DNA of 45,019 bases, filler included, from Jimgerdemannia flammicorona (taxonomy: Eukaryota): NCBI GenBank assembly GCA_003990765.1. It is 2 parts of 2 records of this genome, joined end to end, with 100 filler letters (N's around TTAATTAATTAA, not from the genome) between each part and the next. Parts side by side here need not be neighbours in the genome. Positions count along the whole stretch, not along the records: positions 1 to 22,460 come from RBNJ01001276.1; positions 22,561 to 45,019 come from RBNJ01001277.1. One strand, written 5' to 3'. Below are positions 12,051-23,199 of the stretch, one piece after another. The translations under genes and the position numbers were made by a program. The notes beneath the pieces were generated by a model that saw only the letters and a list, made by a program, of their open reading frames with translations, did not search any database and was not told the DNA's origin. Numbering within the stretch: position 1 is the stretch's first letter; each line of letters starts with the position of its first letter.

Positions 12051-13348
12051 AGGTGACCAGCTATGAGCAATTAAAGAAGAAGAAGGTGACTATCCAGGAA
12101 GAATATGCCAGTAGTGAAGAATCTACTACAGAAGAGAAGGAAGAATCTGAAGATGGAAATGACCCCAGACTCAATTCCCAAATCAACCTGGTGAATGACA
12201 GATCAGAAGATAATGTTTGGGTCAAGAATACTATCCCCATCACCATTGGAGCTATTGCAGGAGAAATCAAAGGATGCTCCACCTATCTCAAAAGATACAA
12301 GTGCTCTGAGCATTCCTCTAAGATTATGGGAACAAGGAAATTGCCTGGTACAGCTTGCCCTGAGTACAGAAAGAAGAAGAAGAAATGCAGACATATTTCA
12401 GAGACACCTGTAGCTGAAGCTGCAGAAGTATAAACAATTTGGTGTCAGGAGTCTTCAGAGGAAGAAGAGACCTCCAAACAGGAAGTTCCCAAACAAGAAG
12501 TGCCTGAAGAAGAAGAAGTCCCCAAACTAATTCTCTGGAATGACTCTCGCTGGACACCATCTGAAGATAATGACCCCTGGAATATGGAAGAAGGACCCAG
12601 CATAATCTCTATTATTTCCAAGAAAGAAACCCACTAATAAAGAGCTTTTTAGCTAGGAAGGTGTCTACACCAAATGGTCTTTCACTCTCTCAGAGACTAC
12701 TGTTATCAGTGCCACCTGATAGACTAACAAGAAAGACAGAGGCCCCAAAGAATGGAACCCCCAACAACAGTTGCATTATCAACCACCTTCCATGAAGTTA
12801 CCACCAAGTTGCAAAGCCAATTTAGAGGACAAGGTCTCTTCACTCAAACAGAAGTATACCCCTTATTTACTCTTCTCTCAACTTATGATCAAGATGGGTA
12901 CCAATTCCCAAGACAACAAGAGATCAACAACCAGAAACAGCATTTCTGAAGAATGGGATATTGTAACCATTGAAGACACCCAGACTGCTGAGACTGCATA
13001 CATCAGAAGATTCACCTCAGTTATGATGTTGTGATCTATACCTTAAAGAGAGGAGATAACAGAGGTCAGATTAGAAAAAGTCAGACCAAAAAACCAGGAA
13101 GAAGGACCCTCAGGATATATGATTTAGGAGAAGACATCCTAGCTCTCACCAGACATGCAACCTACCAAGGATAGATAGAAGATGCCACCAACTTCATGGA
13201 AGCCCTAGACCCTATCAGAAAAAGAGAAATCAACTATCTCCAAGACCCCTCTACAGGAGCTAGGTGGCTACACCTCAACCTCAGAGCCTGGAGACTCTCT
13301 GTCAGTAGAGCTTCAGCCTAAGGACAGCCTGAACTCAGCAAGAATGTT

Positions 13349-13756
13349 GCCCAATATGCCCTGCTACATTCTAAGGTCAAACCCCTGACCAAAGCTCACC
13401 CAGAAGATATAGAGTATGATCTTAATAGTATGGAGGATGAATCTATTAAGCCTGGAAAAACATTCATAATCAGAACCAGACTAGCCATGCAGCCATTCCA
13501 AGGAACTTACATTCAACTGACCTCAAGATCTGGACTTGCCAGATAGAGAATAACTGTAGAAGAAGGAACCATTGATTCAGGATATACAGGCAAAATCAAG
13601 GTCATCCTGCACAACAGCAGTACAGAATGGCACTGAATCATAAGAGGACAGAAGATTCTCCAAGCAGTCTTCATGAAGGTCAAGACTCTACAATTACAAG
13701 AAGTCCCCAAACTGACTGAAGGAACAAGGCAAGCCAAAGGATTTGGAAGCTCAGAC
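13349..13756 (+). pseudogene. dUTPase domain within the Gypsy pol
   Basis: All five trimeric dUTPase motifs in one frame: EDIEYDL (I), SRSGLA (II), GTIDSGYTGKIKV (III), GQKILQAV (IV), TRQAKGFGSS (V). Two in-frame stops. Confidence 0.92.
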
Positions 13757-14148
13757 AAGAAGAAAGTACACCTCCTTTAGGTCAATCATCTCAAAAGAAA
13801 TATTTCCCAGCAAGTGTACCACCAATCAGTCAAACTGCACAAGCATCTCATCCTAGAGCCTGGAGAGCAAACAACTTTCGAAATCTTTGTACTACCCAAC
13901 CCCAGAAATCTCTTCTTCGAACCCAATGAAGATATCCTGTACCTGGATATAGAAGGACACACATTTCCTGATAAGATGAACCCAGTACACTTCTGAGCAA
14001 CCAACCAAAGTTGGGAAACCATCATCTTGCCAAAAGGAACCATCATAGGATATCTGGTACCTTTTCTTAACTGAACTTATAGAGAAGTTTATAAACTAAA
14101 CTTATCAGGAAACAGCAAAAGGTCCCAGAAGAAAGGAAAGGCCGCTCT

Positions 14149-14588
14149 GTGACCCAGGAGACAGTGAAGCCTTCCACCAACATTGGAGAAGAATTGACAC
14201 CTCAGCAACAACAACAACTAGTAGAACTTCTCAATAAATATCAAGATATCTTCACTACAGACTATGGCAACCTGCCATACAACCCATCATATCACTACAG
14301 TATAAATACAGGAAATGCCACACCCATCTAGCAGAAACCTGATATAATACCCCATCACCTAAAGATATTCAAAAATGAGCACATTCAAGAACTCTTAAAA
14401 AATGGAGTCATCCGACCCTCAACTAACCCCTGGGCCAGCCCTATACCAATTGTACCAAAGAAAGGAGGATGGAGACTCTGCATAGATTACAGGAAACTCA
14501 ATTTAGTCATCAGAAAGGATGCCTATCCTTTGCCCAGAATTGATGACATTTTGGATCAGTTACAAGATGCCAGATACTTCAGCAGTAT
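14149..14588 (+). pseudogene. Gypsy reverse transcriptase, N-terminal part
   Basis: [61 protein letters not shown]; breaks at the LINE insertion. Confidence 0.93.
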
Positions 14589-14676
14589 CAAGAACACCTT
14601 TCACTGGTAACATTTAGGTGACAGAAGACTCAGATAATACTTTCTGCAATATTTTTGGTGAAAGGAGACTATCAAC

Positions 14677-16594
14677 ATGGACAGCAATGAGCATACTGGT
14701 GAGCAGGTAGGCCAGAGGGGCAGCAGTGCCTTCAACTGGCAGCATGTTGGGAGGAGGCAAAGAGACAGTTTGGGAATACCAGAGCCTCCTATGAGTAGCT
14801 GTAGTGCTGGCAGTAGAGGGAGGGGTGGAGTGAGGCAATAAGGAGGGGGGAGGATGACCTTTGCTGATAAGGTCAGGATGGGGAGAATGTCATCTGGTCT
14901 GGATAGTTGGTTGGGACTGGGGAAGGCATCAATGGCTTCAGCTGGAGGACAGGGAGGGACCCCTATGAGAGGGTCAGGTGGTAGGGGGGGGGGGGAGGAG
15001 GGGCTGAAGATGTGGCTGCTGATAGAGCTTTAACCAGAGATCTGGAAAAAAATCCAGATGTGACAGTTGTTGGTAAATCTGAACAGAGAGAGGGCACAAG
15101 GCCTGGGGACCTGGTAGATAGCATGATAGGCATGGTGTTGGTACTGTTACTCAAAAGGTTGAGGTCAGAATTTGACATCATATTGTACTTCTAAGGCTTG
15201 ACATTGACTGCAAGGATGATTTTGAGGCTGGTGGTATAGGAGGTAAAGGGGGCAGATTTAGTGAAGTTCTTGAAGAGGAAAGAAGAGGTCAAGGTTGGAT
15301 TTGAGGAAAAGGCATTGATGTTGGAGATGGTGGAGAAGGGGGTAGTGGGGGTGGAGTGGTGGTCTCTATGGCCAGATGTATGCACTGGGATCCCCAAGTG
15401 GTACAGTTGATGGTATTAGATCTTCCTATGGTGTCAAGGTAGAGGGCTAGGGAGATGATTGTGGGGGGGGTTAAGGAGTATGAGGAGATTATAGATGTTG
15501 GGTTCAGGGTCTGGGAGGGTACTGAACTTTGGACAAGAGACATTGACATCAGGGGGAGGCTAGCTGGGAAGGAGAATATAGGGAAGACAAGGGACTGGCC
15601 TGTGACTCTTAAGTGGGGACAAGTTGAGTGCAAGGTCTCATGGGTGAAAGGGATGCCAGAGGAAGAGGATGACTTGCTGGAGGCTCTTAAGGATCCGGCA
15701 GAATTAGTAGAGAAAAGGAGGTTGGCTTGGAAGGAGTATGAAGGCAAGACAGTATTGGAGATTGTGGATGGAAAGAGGATCAGAATGGATAAGGTGGCCT
15801 GGAAGAAGGTGCAGGGGAGACAAATCCAGAAAGGGCTGTTAGTGAAGTTGAGAGGAGATGTAGAGAGCAGCAGAATAGGAGAAGTGGGTGCTGGACTGAA
15901 GGAGAGCACATGGGCTGGAGCATGAAGGATGGCCCAGAATGAGGCCCATGGTGGATTGAGTAAGGAGGGCCAGGGCAGCATAGGGGAGGATACAGAAATG
16001 GGTAAGGAAGTACACCCTCAGTATGGAGTCCTGGGTAGGGCAGGGGGTAAGAAGGAACTATTGGACATTCTGGAGGAGGAGTGGGATGAGTCAGGGAGGA
16101 GGAGTGCATTGGTGGACCCTGTGGTGGGGGTCAAAGGTGTCACTCAGAGTGTTGCTGAGACAGTGGATGAAGAGAAGTGACTGTGGAAGACTATGGAAGA
16201 GGTGGCAGCAGAGGAGCTGGGGGGTGAGAACTTCTGGATACTAAGCAATAGACATTGGGAGGAAATTCTCCATAGTGAGGAGGTGCTGAGGAAGATTAGG
16301 AATGAGATCTTAGCAGTACTCTTAGAGTCAGTGGAATATCAAGTTGATGATCAGAGAGAGGAGGCTCTCCAAAGAATTACAAATAACTGGGCAGAGTACT
16401 TGTGGGGTTCAAGGAAGGGGTTAGAGAAGTGGCCAGTGGTGTGCATGGATTATCAGGCAGAAATAGAGGTTGTGGATAGGGTGGAGTGTCATGAAATCTT
16501 GGAAGCACTAGATGCTCAGGCTGTAGTAGAGGATGATTTGAAGGTAGAGCAGTACTTGGATCTGGCTAGTGATGAGATGAGTATGGAAAACTAG
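14677..16594 (+). pseudogene. LINE ORF1 (copy B), degenerate
   Basis: ATG at 14677 and TAG ending at 16594; collinear with copy A ORF1; multiple stops. Confidence 0.85.
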
Positions 16595-16625
16595 ACTGGG
16601 CTCTCAATATCAAACATTATTCAAT

Positions 16626-19600
16626 ATGAATAGTATAACTAAAATATTTTCTACGAATTTGAATGGGTTGAGGGGTGCAGTAGGGTGAAGAAATATCTTT
16701 GGCTGGCTAAAGGGACTGGATGCAGATCTTTTCTTACTACAGGATGTATGGTATGAGGTAGATATGGATTTACAGGACTGGACTAGATAATGGGGTGGGG
16801 CAGCCTGTGGACTGGGCAGGTGGGTATTTTGGTTCGAAAGGGGATAGGAGACATTGAGGACATTGGACATTGGGAGAATAGGCTGGTGTTAGGTATATGG
16901 AAGAGGCCTGGGTGGAACCTCTTGACTGTTGGGTCATATTATTGCCCAGCTGAGAGGGGGGAATACATCAATTGGATTAGAGGCTTGAAAGAGGCTTGTG
17001 TTATGGATGAGGCAGAGATTGATTGACTGGGGGGTGATTTTAACATGATACATGATAGTGGGATGAACAGGACTGATGGTGGGAGAGAAATGGGGGGCTG
17101 ACGTGGCTGGTTGGATGATTGATTGGAGATTGAGAGGTTGAGCTCCTTAGTTGACTCAGGGTTACAGTTTTGGGTAGAGAGCTGAATTTATACTCACTGG
17201 GTGGCATGGCTGAGCTCAAGGATTAACTGGGTGTTGATGGCAGATTGCTGAAGAGTAAATGTCTGGGACATGCTGGAAGTGGTCTGGTGCCTGTGGTCAG
17301 ATCACTGGGAGCTGATAGGGAGTGGGAGATTTGGGAGAAGTGGGGATGGGCCTGGACATTGGCAACTGAATGCTACTCTGTTGGAGGATGGTCCTTTGTT
17401 GACAGGCTGGGAGGTAGAGATTACTGAGAAGATTGGTAGGTGTCAGATGCAGGAACTAGTAATTGAGGATTACTGGCAGTGGCTGAAATCGGGTGCTCAG
17501 AGATACTGGGGGGCGGCAGAGAAAGGAAGGAGTGCTCAGAGGTGGCAGTGAGTGCAATGGGTCTCGCAGAGATTGGCAGTACTTCTAGAAAGGTAGGTGG
17601 GGTCACAGGAGGATGAGGGAGCAGCCAATTGGCAAATTGGGCAGATATAAAGGAAGTAGATGAGCTAATGGAAGTGCTACAAATGGAGGAGAAGGTGAAG
17701 CTGAAGGGAATGGTGGTAAGATTGCAGTGACAGGGGTTGGAGGAGAGGGAGAGGTCCACTAGATTCCTATCATTGGCACTTCAAGCTCAGCTAACCAGAC
17801 AGCAGTGGGATGGAATTTTGGGTGAGGATGGAGAAATGGTGGCAGAGACTCCAATGATTTTGGAATTGCTGAGGACTCACTGGGGAAATTTGTGGAGTGA
17901 TAAGGAGGGGGGTGAGAATGCTCTGAATATGGAATGTTAGCTGGAGGAGTGGTATCTGGACTCAGCCTTGGGCCTGGGATTATTGGGAGACCCAGTGCAG
18001 AGAGAGGAGGTATGTAAGGTCTTGGCTTCAATAAGTAAGGGGATTGCTCCTAGGGAGGATGGGCTACCCTGGGATTTCTGGAAGAAGATGGCTGGAGTGG
18101 AGGTGGTACTAGTAGAGATGATGGCAATGTATGATGTGGTACTTTGATCAGGTACTTGGATTGCAGGCCAGTACCTAGGGTGGTCTCTTTGCTCTATAAA
18201 GATAAGGGGAGACATGAGGATTTGAACAACTGGAGATCAATCATGCTCCTTGATATGAACTGCAAGCTGGTGACAAAAATCTTATTAAATAGGCTGCAGG
18301 GGATCGCTTAGCAGGTACTGGGAGTAGAGCAGCGGGGATTTGTAGGTGGTTGGTTAATCTGAGATGGAACTGCCTGAGTCTATAGAGTGATAGAAGGTGC
18401 TCAGGTGGCTGGGGTTGTGGCCAATTACTGTTTCTAGATCAGGAGAAGGCATATGACAGAGTGAGGAGAGTCTGGCTAGAGGGAGTGCTGAAATGTATAG
18501 GAGTTCCCCCAGGGTTCAGGAGGTCATTCATAGGTTTATTGGAGAACAGTCAAGCAGTATTAGTAGTGAATAGACACAGGGGAGAGACTTTTCCACTAGG
18601 TCATAGGGTGGCACAAGGGGATCCTTTGTTGCTCATCCTTTATGCCCTCTCCTTAGAGCCCCTCTTGGATTGGATCCAGTGTAGAATTGGAGGTCTAGAC
18701 ATTGTAGGGATTAACTGGAAGGTTGTGGCTTTTGTGGATGATATGCTAGTTGGCTTGGGTTCATTAGCAGATGTTGAGGAATTACAGAGTAAAGTGGAAT
18801 GGTATGAGAGAGGCTTAGATACTTGACTTAACTGGTACAAATATGAGACTCTAGTGCTAGGCAGCAGCATAGTTAGTAGTGATGTGATTGGAACAGTAGT
18901 GCCAGTGAGAGAACTGGTCTGGTACTTGGGGATATACTTTTTAGTATATGGGTCTCTTCTCCCTTGTACTTGGTGGAAACAGCAGTTACTAGTATGGGGG
19001 AATGTTCTCTTGAGGTGGGGTGGTTGGCATATTTCCTTGACAGGAAGGGTGATGGTGCTGAATGTGTATTGGATACCAAAGCTGTGGTATATGGGATATT
19101 ATTTGGACTTTTTGGTTTGGGTAGTCAGATAACTTTTGAAGTTGACAAGGTCATGGATTTGGGCCAGATAGCGAAGTCAGATAGGCTGAGAGGTTCTAAC
19201 TCTGCCTGTTGACAGAGGTAGGCTGCTTGGTGGACTTTACCAAGCACCTTCATTGTCTAAGAGCATGGTGGCTGAAGAGGATAAGCAAGTTGAGGGGCTG
19301 GGAGTGGGTGCCACTCATACAGAGAGTGTGGGAAGTCCAGTATTCCCCTTATGGAGTGATGGTGACCTGCTTGCATTAGTGGCCCTGGACAGGAGCAGGA
19401 GGATGTGTTATAAAGGCTTTTGGTGGGGTGTGGTGGACAGTGTAAGGAGAATTGGACTTTGGTGGCAGGGAGATAAGGGGAAGGAGGACTAGGGACCTCA
19501 GATATAGAGATGGGACAGACTACTGCTGGGAGGTATCTTGGTGGAGGACTTTCAGCTTAGTGATAGAATGGAATATATGTAGGGACTCAGGGGGAACTTG

Positions 19601-20220
19601 TGGTCTGAAGTGTGGCAGAGGGTGGGGATTGGTGAGGAGTGCAACTGGAATAATATTTGGCCTTAGAGTAAGCAGGTGCTTCAGTGGCTTCCCCCCAAGT
19701 TCTGGGTGGTATTGTGGAGGTTCCTGAAGCAGAATGTGATACTGAACTATTGGTTAGAGCACTCAGTGGCAGATGGCACATTTGAATATGAGGAATGCAT
19801 ATATGTTGACCAAGAGGGAGGAGTGATACAATCACCTGAACATTGGCTAGGAGAGTGTTAAATTTTGGGGGAGTTTTGGAACTGCATTGTGAACAGATTA
19901 GGATTGTGGCCCCTGGTGGGGGAGGAAGGGGGGAGATGGGGGGACCTCTGCCAAAGGTTAGTGGGTGAGATTGGAGATGAATGGCTGACCTTAGGATGGG
20001 CTCTGGCAATTTGGGTGGGGCTGACCAGACATTGGCTTCATGTATTTGAGAGGGACCAGTGGGTTGTGGTTGAGGCTAAGGTAGCATATTGGGAATAGTT
20101 AGCACTTAACATTTTGAATGATTGGTAGAGAGAGTAGGGACCAGGTGGGGGGGGGTAGCAGAATCTGGTGAATTGTATTTGTAAGAAGAGTGGAGAGAGG
20201 GTTTGGGTGGTGGGTGGAGG
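16626..20220 (+). pseudogene. LINE ORF2 (APE endonuclease, RT, C-terminal Cys/His motif), degenerate; end approximate
   Basis: APE: KIFSTNLNGLR, LFLLQD, LGGDFN, SRINWVL, SDH. RT: APREDGLP, NWRSIMLL, QRGFV, LDQEKAYDRV, RVAQGDPL, AFVDD, YLGI, SLTGRVMVLN. C-terminal ECIYV...SPEHWLGEC. Confidence 0.93.
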
Positions 20221-20360
20221 GGTTATACTCCAGAGGGGAGAGACTGAGAGTAGGGAGGGGGATTGGAGGGGTATCAGCTGAATAGGGAAGGTATAATTGT
20301 ATTATTATTAATAGATTGAGTGGTAATAAAGGGAAGTCTGAGTGACTATAAAAAAAAAAA

Positions 20361-21335
20361 GATACTTCAGCAGTATGGACCTTTTTGCAGGATTCCATGA
20401 GATCCCCATGGACCCAAAAGACATTCAGAAGGCAGCCTTCCTTGCTTTAGGAAAACTGTTTCAATACCTCCAAATATCCTTTAAACTTTGCAATATACCT
20501 CCCACCTTCCAGAGAATGATGAATTCAGTCTACACTCCTCTGATCTACCACTGTCTGATTGTATATATGGATGATTCCAACATCTATTCAGCAAATTTCG
20601 AAGAATACCTACACTACCTAGAAGAATTCTTCAAGCTCACCTGCAAGAACCACCTGAGACTCAATGCCAAGAAATACTACTTTGGGAAACAGAAACTTGA
20701 ATTCCTTAGATTTGTAGTTTTGAAAGAAGGAATCCATGCAGACCCAAAGAAAACTGAGAAGATCAACAATTGGTCAGTACCCAAGACCCTAATGAAAACT
20801 CTATCATTCCTAATGCTAGTATTCTACTACAGAAGATTCATCAAGGACTTCATTCAAATCACTGCCCCAATCTGGATCCTTCTCAAGAAAGGAGTACCTT
20901 ACAGATGGACAGAGTTACAAGAGAAAGCTTTCAAAGAACTCAAGAACTGCATGACCACAGCACTAATCCTCATCTACTCCAATCTACAGAAACTATTCAT
21001 CTTATATACAGATGCTTCCAAAGATGACCTGGGAGCAGTTTTAGCCCTAGAAGGACCTGATTAATAACACTATATAATAGCTTTTGCAAGCTGAACTACT
21101 AATTAGCAGCAGATGAATTATGGCAGCACCAAACTGGAATGTCTTGCAGTTATATGGGCAGTCACTCTGTTCAAGTATTACCTCATCTGAAAAAGGTTCA
21201 CTCTGATCACAAACCATATAGCTCTTAAATGGCTATTTAACCACAAGGAAGCTACCAGAATCTTCGTCTACTGGATCTTTATCCTCCAGGATTACAAAAT
21301 CACCATTATCCACAAAGCAGAGAAAGCTCACAAGT
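20361..21335 (+). pseudogene. Gypsy RT (C-terminal part) and RNase H
   Basis: RYFSSMDLFAGFHEIPM, FQRMMN, VYMDD; RNase H FILYTDAS, NYGSTKLECLAVIWAV, LITNHIALKWL. Confidence 0.93.
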
Positions 21336-21399
21336 ACTTTCCCACCAGCCCCAATGAACTAGAAAAAGGGTGTCTCAAGGAATTACACTCTAAAGGAAG

Positions 21400-22400
21400 C
21401 TCCTCAGACCATCAAGGTACAAGAAGATCTTATCCAAAAAGAACATCAGAAAGCTCACTAGGGACAGGCAAATATAGAAGAGAAGCTACGAACAATACAC
21501 CAACATTGGCCCAATCTCAGAATACAAATCTGAGATATACTTAGGAAATGTGACACCTATCAGAAGTACCAAGAAAGGAAGAATTACCAAGCACCATCCA
21601 ACCAATTATACTACTAGACAATATCCTTCAGAGATGGGAAATAGATATAATTAGACCCCTACCAGTTATACCAAGAAGAAACAAGTATATCCTTGTATTT
21701 GTGGAATATCTGACTAAGTAGCCTGAGGCTTTCCCAATAGAAATCACAGATGCCTTAACCATTGTAGGTCTTCTCCATGGACTCACTCTCAGATATAGAC
21801 CCCCAGAAGAACTCATCTCTAACTGAGGCATAGAATTCATCAATAACATAATCACAAGTTATGCTCAAATTCACAAGATCCACCTCAAACAGACTACATC
21901 ATACTACCCCCAGACCAATGGCATGACAGAAAGAATGAACCAGATCATCAAGAAAGAACTTGCCCAAGTCAATGCTATCAACTGAGATCTCTGCTTACCT
22001 GAGATTCTATGGGAAATTCAGAACAACCCTGCTGCCTCCACCAAACAAAAGCCATTTGAAATGATGTTTGCCAAGAAGACCAGAACTGCTGACTATGAGA
22101 ATCTTGGAGATCTCCTCAAGAAGGCAAAATATTTATGTAATCAGGCCCAAGTTCAGATTATCAAACTCAAGAAAGACAAAAAAAGTACTATGACCAGAAG
22201 CAGAAAGATCAGGAGATCAAGATTGGAGATCAAATATTAGTTTGGAGAAGCAAGATTGAAATGAATTTTGCTACCAAACTAGAGCCCAAATGGGAAGGAT
22301 CTTATCTTATACACAATATCAGAGAAACTAATATCTATTTAAGAAGCATAGATGGGCAAATCCTGAAGACACCAGTATACATCAATTGCCTCAAGATATA
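21400..22400 (+). pseudogene. Gypsy integrase (HHCC remnant, core, GPY/F region)
   Basis: EHQKAH...KCDTYQK, WEIDIIRPLP, YILVFVEYLTK, YYPQTNGMTERMN, KLEPKWEGSY. Confidence 0.9.
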
Positions 22401-22460
22401 CCTCTCCCCACATCATGAATCAGAGAGTTGACAACTGCCTTCATACTCTTGTACTTTTTT

Positions 22461-22560
22461 NNNNNNNNNNNNNNNNNNNNNNNNNNNNNNNNNNNNNNNN
22501 NNNNTTAATTAATTAANNNNNNNNNNNNNNNNNNNNNNNNNNNNNNNNNNNNNNNNNNNN
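22461..22560. other. Artificial contig-joining spacer
   Basis: 44 N, then TTAATTAATTAA (22505-22516, stop codons in all six frames), then 44 N: exactly 100 bp. Confidence 0.95.
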
Positions 22561-23060
22561 TTTTTTGAGGAACCTTTATTCTCTCTGCTTCATTCTCTCA
22601 CTCTTTATTTCTACAGATTATCTTCTATATACCTTGCTACTTGAAAAGACTATCTGTACTCCTTACTTAAGATATATTATATATATTCTCTATTATTATT
22701 TTTTTGAGAGATCTTTACTCTCTCCACTTTATTCTCTCACTCTCTTCACTTTATTCTCTCACTCTCTCTGCTTCATTCCCTCACTTTTCACACTTTATTC
22801 CTTCATTCTCTATTTTTTACAGCTTATCTTCTATATATCTCACTATTTAAAAAGACTGTCTGTACTCTATTCTAATTACTTTTATATATCTTACTATTTG
22901 AAAAGACCATCTATATTCCTTGCTTAAGATATATCATATACATTCTCCAATATGCCTTACTGCTAATATACCTTACTACTTGTAAAGACCATCATACTCC
23001 TTGCTTAAAGTATATTATATATATATATTCTCTAATATATCTTACTGCTTGAAAAAGTCA
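22561..23060. repeat. Degenerate AT-rich repeats
   Basis: About four copies of TATA(C/T)CTT.CTA(C/T)TTGAAAAGAC.ATCT.TA.TCCTT.CTTAAG plus CTTTATTCTCTC-type units. Confidence 0.65.
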
Positions 23061-23199
23061 CTCTCTTCTGACATACTTATTTTTAATATATTATATTTAA
23101 TATGTTATATTTATTCTCTATATCAACTTCTTATCATAGTAATACTTATTATAATAATACTTACTATAATAATACTTGTTTGTGTCTTTTATTTTTATT

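Larger units (their letters stand above)
14589..20360 (+). mobile_element. Full-length (~5.77 kb) L1-like non-LTR retrotransposon, copy B, inserted into the Gypsy RT
   Basis: TSD (A)GATACTTCAGCAGTAT at 14572/3-14588 and 20360/1-20376; AATAAA then an A11 tail at 20350-20360; ORF1 and ORF2 are both present. Confidence 0.96.
8524..22460 (+). mobile_element. Ty3/Gypsy LTR retrotransposon (LTR-gag-PR-dUTPase-RT-RH-INT), degenerate, interrupted by a LINE; 3' LTR lies beyond the contig end
   Basis: Domain order PR-RT-RH-INT with recognisable motifs (see sub-features). The 5' boundary is inferred from the putative LTR ends. Confidence 0.92.

Noticed and set aside
15289..20398. Minus-strand ORFs within LINE B
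   Set aside because: Antisense shadows of the LINE coding strand with no domain motifs.
22505..22516. TTAATTAATTAA as a biological palindrome or PacI site
   Set aside because: It is embedded symmetrically in N padding and is a standard artificial linker.
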